The notes under the pieces are model-generated. The model searched no databases and was not told the origin of the DNA. It saw only the letters and a list, made by a program, of their open reading frames with translations. 64,000 nucleotides of DNA, from NCBI GenBank assembly GCA_000165345.1, contig CM000431.1:320001-384000 (forward strand), read 5' to 3'. How positions within the stretch are numbered: the first letter of the stretch is position 1; the number at the start of each line of letters is the position of its first letter. Below, one piece after another: positions 49,952 through 60,836 of this stretch. The position numbers were made by a program, and so were the translations under genes.

Positions 49952-52090
49952 CTAAAAACTTAAAGAATTTTGAGTGGGGTCATCCAAATTGGTGCTTTCA
50001 CCCCCAGACTCTTTTTTAGAACTACTACTACTTACTATTTCAGTTTCATGATATATGTCTGAGTCAGCTTTTCTAGCAATATGTGCGTTATTTGTACAAA
50101 CCAAGTCACAGCTTAAGGCTTGAGATTCGTAATCTTTATCATCAAATCCACTTCTATCATCAAAACTACTATTATTATCATTTGTATTGTAGTTATTGTC
50201 TAGAAATGATGAAATTTCTTTCTCAGATTGGATTTCTGAGTGCTTATACTCTACAGTAACACCCTCATAATTTAAAGATGGAGGGCTTTCTTCTTCTAAA
50301 ACATGTTCAGGCTTTAATTCAGATTCAGAACCGGTGATAGCATCGGGTTGTTTGTTTTCCAACTGGGAAGAATGTTCGGTTGACTCAGCTTGTTTTTGCT
50401 GTGGTTGGATCTGTACATTGCCATGCTCTTTTCCATCCTCCAAATCGTGTTGATTTATTAAGCCAATCTCGAAGCTCAAAACTGAGTTAATTTGAGAGTA
50501 AAACTTCTCAGATAGTAAGTTTAGAATAAATGACGTGTTCTCTGAGAATATTTCACTATCGAAGGAGAATTTACATTCTTTGAGTTGTTCTACTTTTAAC
50601 TTGAGCTGTTGTCTTCTTTGCTTTCTGTTTAAAAGTACTTCATGTTTGCAAGCGTCCATTCTATTGATCTCATCCTGACGGCTCTTTCTAATCCTCTCAA
50701 TCTTTTCCATAAACTCTTTTTCCTGGTGTAATACGCTCGAGTAACTATCCTCAAGCTCCAAAACTTCTTGTTGAAGAACTTGAATTGTTTGTGAAATCAT
50801 AGAGGCTTCTTTAAAGTTTGCGTTTTTAATCTTGTCAGATTTTGAGGCTTGGGAAAGCCGGATCTGTTCTTCTAATAACTCCTTCTCCTCACCTTTGTAT
50901 CTCTTTATTTCCTGTATTTCTCGCAGTTTCTCTAAAACTACCTTTTCCTGTTTTTCAATCTTGGAAATTTCCTCTTGGATCAGTTTTAGTAAATCGCCTT
51001 CTCTAGAAATTTCCAACTTATATTCGCTCTGTTTCCTTTGTATAGGATATACAAAATTTTGTAAACATTCTTCAATCCAACAAATTATTATTGTCAAGCT
51101 TGAAAGCTCGTCTTTATAAACTTGTCTTGTACTTTTATATTCTTCAATTCTAATCCTTCTTTCGCTTTCTTCTTTTTTAATCCTCATTTCTTCAAGCATT
51201 ATTTCATTCTCAACATTAGAAAGTTCTTCCAATAACTTATTCTTTAGCCTGATTAGCTCTGAATATCTCTCTGAAATACTCATTGGCTCATTCTGTAAAT
51301 TATTCTCATCCTCCTCTCTATTTGTTGTCTTGTTAATCCCAACTTGCTCCAAATCACCGCCATAACCCTTAAGATCTTTGGTATTTTCTTCCAAATCTTG
51401 TTCTAACCTTTCTAATTTGCTTTGAATATTTAAACCAAAAGTCTCAAATTTACCTACCATCTTTGAAAACCATTTGGAAAGCTCCTCAATATCATGGCTT
51501 GTACCAAATACTCCCATACTTTCACTATTCAAATTTGAAACCAAATCCTTTAAAGAGACTGAATCCTCATCATATATCTGTTCATAGTCATATCTACTCT
51601 TTCTTAATACTGTCTTTACTTCACTACTTCTTTCATATGAAGCTTCTGATCCTGACCCAACTAGAAATGGGCAATTCGTAGTTGAATTTAGCTCAATTTG
51701 TGCATCAGTATCTTCCGTAGCCACTACTACTGTCTTCTCTATCATATCCTCCTTAAAACTCTTCTTTAATATTGAGCTCTTTCCATCATTTATCTCCCTA
51801 TTTCTATTATTCAATCCCATGGAGCCTAAGTTTTGCCTTAATGCCTCAACTTTGTTCTCATCTCTTGGTTCACTCTTCTTTTCTGCTTTCAAAGCTGATG
51901 TTCTTTTCGAAAATAATGAACTTAAATTCGACTCCTCTTGCCTTTGTTTTTCCATCCCCATTAATGAGGGTCTGGAAATTGATGTACATCCTATACCTAT
52001 ATTACTTTCTCCTATTTCCGGCCTTACTGCTTTTCTTGTCTTCTTTCTGATACCTGTGATACTAAAATTTTTATCTGAATTTAATTCCAT
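49952..52090 (-). CDS. Hypothetical coiled-coil protein (712 aa)
   Basis: Long ORF with an extended heptad-rich, E/K/L/Q-rich central region (LERLEQDLEENTKDLK..; LEEMRIKKEESERRIRIEEYK..). No catalytic motif recognised. Confidence 0.55.
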   Translation of the reverse strand: MELNSDKNFSITGIRKKTRKAVRPEIGESNIGIGCTSISRPSLMGMEKQRQEESNLSSLFSKRTSALKAEKKSEPRDENKVEALRQNLGSMGLNNRNREINDGKSSILKKSFKEDMIEKTVVVATEDTDAQIELNSTTNCPFLVGSGSEASYERSSEVKTVLRKSRYDYEQIYDEDSVSLKDLVSNLNSESMGVFGTSHDIEELSKWFSKMVGKFETFGLNIQSKLERLEQDLEENTKDLKGYGGDLEQVGINKTTNREEDENNLQNEPMSISERYSELIRLKNKLLEELSNVENEIMLEEMRIKKEESERRIRIEEYKSTRQVYKDELSSLTIIICWIEECLQNFVYPIQRKQSEYKLEISREGDLLKLIQEEISKIEKQEKVVLEKLREIQEIKRYKGEEKELLEEQIRLSQASKSDKIKNANFKEASMISQTIQVLQQEVLELEDSYSSVLHQEKEFMEKIERIRKSRQDEINRMDACKHEVLLNRKQRRQQLKLKVEQLKECKFSFDSEIFSENTSFILNLLSEKFYSQINSVLSFEIGLINQHDLEDGKEHGNVQIQPQQKQAESTEHSSQLENKQPDAITGSESELKPEHVLEEESPPSLNYEGVTVEYKHSEIQSEKEISSFLDNNYNTNDNNSSFDDRSGFDDKDYESQALSCDLVCTNNAHIARKADSDIYHETEIVSSSSSKKESGGESTNLDDPTQNSLSF

Positions 52091-53118
52091 CTTAACTACT
52101 CTTTGAAATATTCTAATAAAAGTAAAATTAATTCAACTTCGCTTAGTCTTCTCCAAATATTTTTTGGAATTTCACTCTTAAAATCCACTATATGTTATTT
52201 TTCATTACAATTTCCTAGCTTATAACTCTTAATTTCCCACTCCTCTTTTCTGGCCAATTTAATTAATATTTATCTCTATTTTTATAATTATATAAAATTT
52301 AATTTTTTTTTTTTAAGTGGCATTACCCTCTTCTATTCCCATGTAGTCGTATTTTTTTTATTAATAAATGCCGGTACTAAAAAAAACATGCACATGCCCC
52401 CCACATTAAAAATTTAATGTTATTCAACATTTGTCTGCATTTAACGTAGTATTAGTTTCAACTAAGAAAACAATTTTGAAATCATACACACACCTAGGAT
52501 ATATCCAAAAATCACCCCTCGGTAGATGTCAGGACCCCTACACCCCTTCCATTAATCAGTGTATAACTTATTTAAAAAAAACAAATAGAACACGTAAAAA
52601 CACGTAATTTGCACACGAAAAAAAAAGAAAATCCAAAATTACAATATTAATGAAATAAAGTCGTTTTAATGGAAAAAGAACGATAACCACAGGCTTTCTA
52701 GTCCAACTTTATACATCCGGCGCTGTTAACATTAGAAAGTTAACATTTAGTAGATAGTATATTATTAAGATAAGAAATAAGGATAACCATTTCCCATCTA
52801 ATATTTTAGGACTACCGGCTAAAATGGCCGGTCCGGAGTCTGGATACAATTGATGGGAAAAAATACCAATGTATTTCGGTTAGACCTAAATGAGATTTGT
52901 ATGCCAAAAACTCTTCCAAATTCTTAATTGATATTTGCCAGAGATTTCTTTTTCTCGAAAAAAACACTGATTACTCGAATTGCAGCTAAAATATAATATT
53001 ATACATAGGAATTCCTGAGTCTGAAGATGGTCATTTCTGGAATTGGAAACCTCTTTTACAGAAAGGACCTACCACTATCCATCAGATCAAAGACCTTCCT
53101 AAATCCATACTACACTGC

Positions 53119-53883
53119 TTATGATGCTTCTGGAGCACCTTCAGCTTCTCCGGATGCGCCCAAGTCTGCAGTCCATAAAGTCAAGTTATCTCTCAAGAGC
53201 TGCATAATTAGAGTAGAATCTTTATAGCAATCTTCAGATAACTTGTCTAATTGTTCAATAGCCATTTCAAAAGCTTCCTTGGCCATATCTATAGCTGCTC
53301 TTGGTTCATTCAATATTTCATAATGGAATACTGAGAAGTTCAATGCTAAGCCAAGTCTAATTGGGTGAGTTGGTTCCAAATCCTTAGCAACAACTGTAGC
53401 ATCCTTGTAAGCTTTTAAGGCATCCTCAGCAGAGCTCTGCTTGGAGTCACCTGTGGAGAACTCGGAGATATATCTGTGATAATCTCCCTTCATCTTGAAA
53501 TAGAAAACTTTACTATCTGGACTTGTTGCTGTTGGAATTAAGTGCTTGTCAAGCATAGTCAAGATGTCATTGCAAATATCTGTAAGCTCAGCCTCAACTT
53601 TGCTTCTATACTTTCCACACATCTTGCTGGCATCCTCGGCATTTCTGCTGTGTTCTTTCTGCTCAACAGAAGAGATTATTCTCCATGAAGATCTTCTGGA
53701 TCCAACAGCATTCTTATAAGCAACGCTAAGTAAGTTTCTTTCTTCTACAGTAAGTTCTTCAGATTCTTGTCTTGCCTCAACAACATCCTTCATGTATTTG
53801 GCCATTTCATCATAACGTTCAGCCTGTTCAGCCAATTTGGCCATATAAACATTAGACTCTCTTGCATTTACTGAATCACTCAT
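53119..53883 (-). CDS. 14-3-3 protein
   Basis: 254-aa ORF with diagnostic 14-3-3 blocks: [64 protein letters not shown], and an acidic tail. Confidence 0.95.
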   Translation of the reverse strand: MSDSVNARESNVYMAKLAEQAERYDEMAKYMKDVVEARQESEELTVEERNLLSVAYKNAVGSRRSSWRIISSVEQKEHSRNAEDASKMCGKYRSKVEAELTDICNDILTMLDKHLIPTATSPDSKVFYFKMKGDYHRYISEFSTGDSKQSSAEDALKAYKDATVVAKDLEPTHPIRLGLALNFSVFHYEILNEPRAAIDMAKEAFEMAIEQLDKLSEDCYKDSTLIMQLLRDNLTLWTADLGASGEAEGAPEAS

Positions 53884-55081
53884 TTTTGAATTCTTAATAT
53901 TAAGTTCAGAATCACGAATAGTGTGCTGAGTTCTTAGTATTTACCTATTGAGTTAAATACTATTTAATCTTATATTATTGTCTATCTTATGTATATGTAG
54001 ATATATATATGTATATAAATTATAAATTAATTTATATATAAATATATATATGTATATTTATTATCCACTCAATAAGTATATATTACTATATTGCTAATAT
54101 CTGGATGTTTTATCTAAAATTCCCCCAGTGGAATAATTAATGTGTATAATCTTATTGTATCTTTCCACGTTAAATTAAGTGAATAGACATGAAGCTTCTC
54201 ACACTTGACCTTTATATAATAAGTTATTGATATGCACAACAAACCTATTAACGTCTTATCTATTACAAATTATCTTGAATTACCCCCTCCTAATTACAGT
54301 GCAATATATTTCTTAATAAATATAATATCCTACTCTTTGGTGTCTAAGATAATTTATCTTCACTTTTACAATTTTACTACGTATTATTTACTAGTCCTTT
54401 ATTTCCACTATGTATAAATAAATATATATTATATTTGTATTAATTAATTAATCAATATACTTATATCTAGCCGCAATTATCCATTCTAACTACTCCCCAC
54501 CCCTCTCAGACAAGCTTGACTGAAATGTGGGGAGTATCATCTAATTAATTAAACGATACCCGCAGATTTGCCGCCTTAATTTGGGCGGTAATGTGCCCCC
54601 TCGGAACATTCATAAATAGGGAAGAGTATAGATTAAAGGAACAGCTAAGAAAAAATAGGGATTTTTTTTTCTTAAATCAATTAATACTTAGAATTAAGGA
54701 AATACTAAAGTGTTGCTACTAATGTTGCCGTTCAATAAATAAATCTTTTATTAAACAACAACTGGTGTTATAATAAAGAAAACTTTCTTTTATCTATCTC
54801 TAACTCCTTACTGCAAAGTTGATATACCATATAAAATTAACATCGTCCCTCCGTACCAGCATCCAAGAGTGTATATCTCATGGAAGTTCGTATTACAATA
54901 ACATGTATCTGACTCAATATAATAGTCTTCCTAGATAAATAGCAAGTATAAGCTAATATATTATGTCTTAGAATTAGAGCTCATATTCCTTCTCTTCCTC
55001 CCTTAGATAATCTCAACATGGCTCATGCTTAAGTGTAAATACAAACGTTACTGCGGAGTGAGCCATAGAGATAGACAGAAT

Positions 55082-55585
55082 TTATGCAGTTGGAACCTCA
55101 ATCTCACCTGCATCAATCATCTTTTGTAAATCAACTGGTTTTTGTCCATCTACAGTGCAACCAATTGCATTACATGTTCCGAGAATCTCCTTAACGGTAC
55201 CAGAAAATGCCTTAGCTCTTGACTTGAATTTCATTGCACGAGCAACAGAAATAACTTGGTTCATTGACAAGTTTCCGCTGTGCTTGATGTTCTTAACCTT
55301 CTTTCTGTCTCTAATTGGCTCCTTGAGCTCTTTAATCAACAAACATGTTGCAGTTGGGACAACATCAATCTTAGCCTGACGATTTTGAACAGTAAGCTTA
55401 ACACAAACCTTCATACCCTTCCAGGCAGCTGTACCCTTGGCAATATCATCACCAACTTTTTTTGGTGACATACCCAATGGACCGAGCTTTGGGGCTAAGA
55501 CAGATGTTGCTCCTACCTCACCTCCAAGTTGTCTGATGTACAAGTACTTGACTTCAGATGGATCTGCTTTACCTGCTGGTGGCAT
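55082..55585 (-). CDS. RPL12: 60S ribosomal protein L12 (uL11)
   Basis: 167-aa ORF: [79 protein letters not shown].., collinear with eukaryotic RPL12 over its full length. Confidence 0.95.
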   Translation of the reverse strand: MPPAGKADPSEVKYLYIRQLGGEVGATSVLAPKLGPLGMSPKKVGDDIAKGTAAWKGMKVCVKLTVQNRQAKIDVVPTATCLLIKELKEPIRDRKKVKNIKHSGNLSMNQVISVARAMKFKSRAKAFSGTVKEILGTCNAIGCTVDGQKPVDLQKMIDAGEIEVPTA

Positions 55586-55922
55586 TGTGATTTACTACCC
55601 TAATTAAATAATCTGTACAAAAACTTGGAAAATTATCCCTAATTCAGTTTGTCTAAACTCTGGAGTTTCCTTTATTTGCCTCCCGTCTTTTTTAACTTTA
55701 ATAGTTAAATTGTTTGCCGCCCAGCTTCCCCGTCTACAATTACATTATAATAAATAATAAAGGTACTATATAAGTTGAATAACAACTTAATAATAAATCT
55801 AAAATAATAAATATTATAATTTATATTTAATAACAATTTTATTTTACATTATTTAACTCAATTAAATGGATAAATTACATTTAATATTTATATAAACAAT
55901 ATTAATAAAATTGAGTCAATGG

Positions 55923-55934
55923 TTTGGCGCCAAA
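55923..55934. promoter_or_regulatory. E2F-like palindrome (GGTTTGGCGCCAAATA) about 340 bp upstream of RPL12
   Basis: Seen directly. Confidence 0.5.
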
Positions 55935-56192
55935 TACTATTATTTATAGATTACTATTAAAGAATTTGAATAAATTTAAAATTCGAATTCAGTCAATAGA
56001 TAAGAACATAGACTTTCAGAAATAGCAAAAAAGAATCGAGTAGATAAGAACTTTAGATTTTGTATTACTAATATAGGGTGATCTTTCAGTAGTTGATTTA
56101 AATGCTAGCTAAATATATAGTTTTGTATTCAATAGATATTGAACTTTAATAAAGTTATATATGAATAAAGAAGATAATAAAACCAATAATAT

Positions 56193-57113
56193 CTAGTCAT
56201 CAGAGTCCTCGTCAAAATTATTAATAAGTAGGAGAGTATTTGGATAGAATCCAATTTCACTTATAGTGATCTCTTTATCTGCATATGAATCGTCAATTTC
56301 CACTGACTTAGAGTGAGGGAGCCTTAAAGAAAATTTATCAGAAATTAAGTTGTTTTTGTCCAATGCAAGAGAATCAATCCATTTAAATATCTCATACACA
56401 GAGTCGTCTTTATGGAAATTTCTTTGAAACTTTTTCCCTGCTGAGTTTTTCACACAAACTCTAGAGAGACTTTCTTGTTCGATATCTCTATCTTGTTGAA
56501 ATTCAGCTTGTAATTTTTCTCTTCTTTCTCTAATCAAGTCCTTAGTTCTTTTTTTCTCTAATGCCTTTTCTTGTTTCATAGAATCCAAATTTAAAGATCT
56601 CATATACTCAAGATCTTGTTCTTCTCTAATTCTTCTAGCTTCCTCAATCTGAACTTGTTCAATTTGAGAAATAACTGATCTATTGAAATTTCTTATAGAT
56701 ACATTATCTTGAGCTCTATTATTTAGATTTGGAACACAAAATAAAGTTTTAAAGAATCCAAAGATTGCACTTAGACTTGTTCCACAGACTGACAAAAACA
56801 TCTTAAAACATTTTTTAAGCTTCAAAGTGTTTAAGTGTTTTCCTTCATTAGTCTGATCAATATTTGTTTCCTGTTGCTCATTCAAATTTTCATATTGATT
56901 TACTGTTATATTATTAGTATTAACTTGTTCAGTAATATTAAAATTATTACCTTCATAAACATTTGCATTTTGTTGCTCATAATAAAGAGATATTGCATTC
57001 TCTAAATCCCAGTTCGTTGATTCTAAAATTGTTCTACCTGTTGTAATATCACAGGTTGTGATCTCACAGAAAGCTTGTAGCAATTCAGTTTGGCCTTCTG
57101 AAATTTCTGTCAT
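56193..57113 (-). CDS. UBX domain protein with N-terminal UBA-like domain and a central hydrophobic hairpin (FAF2/UBXD8/Ubx2-like ERAD adaptor)
   Basis: 306-aa ORF. The N-terminal UBA-like segment (TELLQAFCEITTCDITTGRTILESTNWDLENAISLYY) is followed by a hydrophobic segment (CFKMFLSVCGTSLSAIFGFFKTLFCV) and a coiled-coil. The C-terminal UBX-like beta-grasp reads FSLRLPHSKSVEIDDSYADKEITISEIGFYPNTLLLI. Confidence 0.55.
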   Translation of the reverse strand: MTEISEGQTELLQAFCEITTCDITTGRTILESTNWDLENAISLYYEQQNANVYEGNNFNITEQVNTNNITVNQYENLNEQQETNIDQTNEGKHLNTLKLKKCFKMFLSVCGTSLSAIFGFFKTLFCVPNLNNRAQDNVSIRNFNRSVISQIEQVQIEEARRIREEQDLEYMRSLNLDSMKQEKALEKKRTKDLIRERREKLQAEFQQDRDIEQESLSRVCVKNSAGKKFQRNFHKDDSVYEIFKWIDSLALDKNNLISDKFSLRLPHSKSVEIDDSYADKEITISEIGFYPNTLLLINNFDEDSDD

Positions 57114-57497
57114 TTATATATTTATATATAGGAAGTAAACCCTATCAGTTTGTGTTTAAAGTAAAAAAGAAAAAAATAGTTTGTTAGAGATGTTCGGTAT
57201 TAAAGAATATTCACCAAAAGACTTTGTAGACAGATTTTAAATCATAGAATAACAAATATTCTGTTAACCCACACAAATTCTTGCTCAGTTTTATCTACAA
57301 TACCATCCAAATCAATCAAATGATCAAACTTCTTTTTCTATGTATTACTGTTTTTCTCCACTTTGAAAATACAATCACTACGTGTTAGTTATATTTATAC
57401 AAAAGTACTATACTAACATATATAATACTTTTTTATTTGGAAAAAAAAAATCTTACAATAATTATTTAGTTTTATATATTACTTAATTATTCTAATA

Positions 57498-57509
57498 TAC
57501 AATTAGTTT
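57498..57509. promoter_or_regulatory. E2F-like palindrome (TTTTGGCGCCAAAC) about 390 bp upstream of the UBX gene
   Basis: Seen directly. Confidence 0.45.
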
Positions 57510-57548
57510 TGGCGCCAAACACGAACCAATAACATGCAATAATAAAAG

Positions 57549-58160
57549 TTACAAGTCAGGAATTAGCTTCTCTTGACTAATATAGGCATCATACACATGT
57601 TTTGTTGTAATGACTCTTTTATTTGAGCCACTGTCATTTAATTGTTTATTAATTTTTGCCATAAGCTCCAAAATAAAGAGCTTGGTAGCAGAAGAAATTG
57701 CCAAGGTAATTTCCTCTATATTCTCTGGAATATATTTACTTTTCTGATGAAGCATTGACTGTATATAGCTCAAACTATCTTCAATAGGCTCTCCATTTTC
57801 CACCCCCTCATTCAAATCCAAATACCCAGAACTCACTAAATAACTAAGAATTATTGATTTTTTAAAACCTGAATTTCTACAATTTTGAATTGTGGAATCC
57901 ACCTTTTCTATTCCAGTTACATTACTCCCCTCCCCAGCCTTATATGATATGTAATCTAAGACTAAGTCAACCATTTCATTGCTTAAAATCCCACTATCCT
58001 CGTTTTCTACTACTCTACTACTTGTGGTGTTCATACTGTAATCTTTGACTGCTCCAGAGTATTCCATCTCCTCATCCATATTGAAAACATCCTCATTTGA
58101 TGTTTGAGAAGATCCAGGAGATAATTCATCAAACCCGTCCCCCACCATTCTTTTTACCAA
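57549..58160 (-). CDS. Histone-fold (CBF/NF-Y/NC2/Dpb-type) protein
   Basis: 203-aa ORF with an acidic N-terminus. The C-terminal IPENIEEITLAISSATKLFILELMAKINKQLNDSGSNKRVITTKHVYDAYI fits the helix-strand-helix pattern of the CBFD_NFYB_HMF histone fold. Subfamily unresolved. Confidence 0.45.
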   Translation of the reverse strand: MVKRMVGDGFDELSPGSSQTSNEDVFNMDEEMEYSGAVKDYSMNTTSSRVVENEDSGILSNEMVDLVLDYISYKAGEGSNVTGIEKVDSTIQNCRNSGFKKSIILSYLVSSGYLDLNEGVENGEPIEDSLSYIQSMLHQKSKYIPENIEEITLAISSATKLFILELMAKINKQLNDSGSNKRVITTKHVYDAYISQEKLIPDL

Positions 58161-58340
58161 AAATTTTTATAAACTTAGTCACTTAACAGCTAATTCTTCA
58201 AAAATGATAACTTCCTTTTAATAAGTTCTTGTAAAATCTGCTATATTTAATTATGCAACTTTTCTGCAATTGAAATTTGAACAGCTCAATTTTATTAATA
58301 TTCAAACTGAAGGCAATAATAATAATAAAATATATTGACA

Positions 58341-58352
58341 TTAGGCGCCACT
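58341..58352. promoter_or_regulatory. E2F-like GGCGCC core (TTAGGCGCCACT) in the divergent promoter between the histone-fold gene and the secreted Pro-rich protein gene
   Basis: Seen directly. Confidence 0.45.
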
Positions 58353-59039
58353 TTCATGTATTTTGATTATTGCAAGAATTGGCAAAAAAAAATTATTCAA
58401 GGTAAAAATCTACACACATGCATACGTGGGATTATCAATTTTAATATTAATAAAAATGAATCAATAAATCATAAAAATAAACTCAATAAGTTCTTTTTTT
58501 TATCATTCCTTTTAAAATTGGAGTGTATGCAAAAAGTCTTACATGGTATTTAGTTGGATTTTCTAACCTGTTTAATATAAAAAAGACTTTAAGTAGATTT
58601 TAATTCCTCTTCTTCCTTCCCCATAAATATATTGCATTTCAATTAAATCTTATGTAAAATAAACAAGAGGTCATAGTAGTAATACTAAGAAATGATTGTT
58701 TAACACTTAATCAGAAATTTTTTTTTCCCCCAAACATTTTTAAATAGTGAATATTTTTGTGTGCAATTAAATAAATCACTATATGTGTGATTAAATGTGA
58801 ACCCTCAACAAGTGATAAATGCACCTAATTAGAATTATAATAAGAGAATTTTTTAGGGAGACTTAACATTTAATAAACTTGAAGAAAGTGTATTTCTCGT
58901 ACTTGGAAACTATTTAAAAAACTCAACTCAATATTATTGAGGAATAGTACAAACTCTGGAGTAACTTTGTAGATATTAGATATTTCACACTTTATTTAGC
59001 AGCCAAACTGAGCTCAAGACCATTTATGGAAGTTAAAAA

Positions 59040-60584
59040 ATGAGAAATTCCCATTTTCTAGGGTTTCTCTTATTACTCCTATTAGTGCTTTCAAAGCAAG
59101 GAGAGGCATTAAAGGTAAAGAGCTTTTTTTTCGGCTTGGGAGGTGGAGATAAGAAAGAAGAGAAGAATGAAAATAAGCAAGAACAGGGGCCCAAATCAAC
59201 ACAAGATACTAACGGAATAAACCCAGCTGCAGGAGTATCCAAATCAGAAGGGAATCCACCTGAAAATTCTTCCAAGCCACCAGAAGAGGCTAAAAAACCC
59301 GAAGGAAGTCATCCTGAGGAAAAACCACCAGTAGAGGCTAAAAAGGCTGAGGGAGGCCATTCTGAAGAAAAGCCACCAGAAAATCACCCTCCTGCAGAGG
59401 GGGGAGAACCAAAACAAGACAATTTACCATTTATTCCTAGTCCACCACCACCACCTCCTTCAATAGCTCCAGAACATGAGCCAGAGCACCCCCCTTCTTC
59501 TTCCCCTCCTCCTCCTCCTCCTCCTCCTCCTCCTCCTCCATCAGGATGTAGCTGTGGCAACGAGAAGCCTCTTTCTGATTGTTGTCATGAAACCGTTTAT
59601 GGTGAGAAGAAAACAGGAGAAAAAAGAAATGCTACAATTACTGGAACAATTACTGGAACAATTACAGATTCAGTATTAACAGCAAAAACAGGAGATGAAA
59701 TAACTGTTAAGCATAATTCTGATAAGCCAACTCCTGAATGTGAACGTTCTAATAAGCAATCTGTTACTACAGTAACTCATGAAGCTCATACAAATCTTCA
59801 TTCTGTACAAAGTGGAAAATTACCTTCTCTTGAAGCATCCCCAAATGTTGGTAAAAGTAAGTTTCCCAATGGAGCCAACTTTATTCCTCTTGTATTGGAT
59901 GCCAATACGGGCCAATATGGAGTTGAACTCAAGACCATGGATTTGCTTGTTACAGGCCAGGATGAAAAAATTAAACCTTTCGATATGTTAATTCCATTCG
60001 TCAATGAAAGCGGTCAAATTAAATTTGTAACTAGAAGGAGATTAAGGCAATTAGTCAAATCTGGTCTTTCAAAAGGTTTCTTAGAAGGTGTTCCTCCATT
60101 TACTCAAGAAGCTATGGTTGAAGGTGCAGCTGAACCAAAAGAAAATAATGAAGAAAAAAATAATGAAGAAAAGAAGAGTGAAGAAAAAAATGATGAAAAG
60201 AAGCCAGAAGAAGAAAAGAGCTCAGAATCATCTGCTGCAGAAAAAGGTAAAGAAGCTGCAAACAGTGCAAAAAGCCTACTGCAAGAGGCTGAAACTGTTC
60301 TTACTGGAGGATCTCTATTTGAACCCTCTGAAAAGAAGGAAGATGATAATAAAAAGGAAGAAAAGGATGACAAGAAAGATGACGATAATAAAAAGGATGA
60401 TGAAAAGGCTGAGGAAGGTGAATCTAGCTCAGAGAAAAAAGACTCCAGCGAGTCAGAAGAAACCTCTGAATCGTCAGGTAGTGAAACATCAAAATCTTCA
60501 AAATCGGATGATGTTGATAGTGCAATGGGAGCACAAGATTCTGCGAGTGTACATGCATCAGAAGAGGAAGAGGAAGAGGAGTGA
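59040..60584 (+). CDS. Secreted low-complexity protein (signal peptide, poly-Pro tract, Cys cluster, K/E/D-rich acidic tail), candidate surface or secreted antigen
   Basis: 514-aa ORF with a cleavable-looking signal (MRNSHFLGFLLLLLLVLSKQGEA), PEEK/PPE repeats, PPPPPPPPPPPPSGCSCGNEKPLSDCCHE, a short globular middle, then a long EEK/DDK-rich acidic tail ending EEEEEEE. Confidence 0.6.
   Translation: MRNSHFLGFLLLLLLVLSKQGEALKVKSFFFGLGGGDKKEEKNENKQEQGPKSTQDTNGINPAAGVSKSEGNPPENSSKPPEEAKKPEGSHPEEKPPVEAKKAEGGHSEEKPPENHPPAEGGEPKQDNLPFIPSPPPPPPSIAPEHEPEHPPSSSPPPPPPPPPPPPSGCSCGNEKPLSDCCHETVYGEKKTGEKRNATITGTITGTITDSVLTAKTGDEITVKHNSDKPTPECERSNKQSVTTVTHEAHTNLHSVQSGKLPSLEASPNVGKSKFPNGANFIPLVLDANTGQYGVELKTMDLLVTGQDEKIKPFDMLIPFVNESGQIKFVTRRRLRQLVKSGLSKGFLEGVPPFTQEAMVEGAAEPKENNEEKNNEEKKSEEKNDEKKPEEEKSSESSAAEKGKEAANSAKSLLQEAETVLTGGSLFEPSEKKEDDNKKEEKDDKKDDDNKKDDEKAEEGESSSEKKDSSESEETSESSGSETSKSSKSDDVDSAMGAQDSASVHASEEEEEEE
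59505..59538. repeat. (CCT)11 tract encoding poly-Pro in the secreted low-complexity protein
   Basis: Seen directly. Confidence 0.8.
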
Positions 60585-60836
60585 ATAGCTTTATAGGTAT
60601 GATAATAGAGGTTGTGCCTAAAAACGTTGTCAAAGAAACATATATTTAAAGTCTAAAGACATTACACTAAAATCAGCACTTTTAAAATTAGTATATATTA
60701 GGTTTTAAGATTCAATACAAGTAAAGTCAACTAGTAGCAAAATAGACTTGTAATATAACTACTTACTTATAAGTTAAATGTTTATATTTACAAAAAAACA
60801 CAAATCTCTAAATTTAGAGAATTCTGTTTAATTCTT

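Noticed and set aside
52789-52864. Possible tRNA gene at the nested inverted repeat
   Set aside because: There is no GTTCRANYC T-loop, no 7-nt anticodon loop with U33 on either strand, and the 5' end does not start with the usual G-rich acceptor stem. It is kept only as a candidate structured element (see findings).
53998-54060. TA-rich simple sequence ((TATATA)n-like) upstream of 14-3-3, and a similar tract at 63181-63310
   Set aside because: This is low-complexity AT sequence typical of the intergenic regions here. It is not a defined repeat family or a mobile element.
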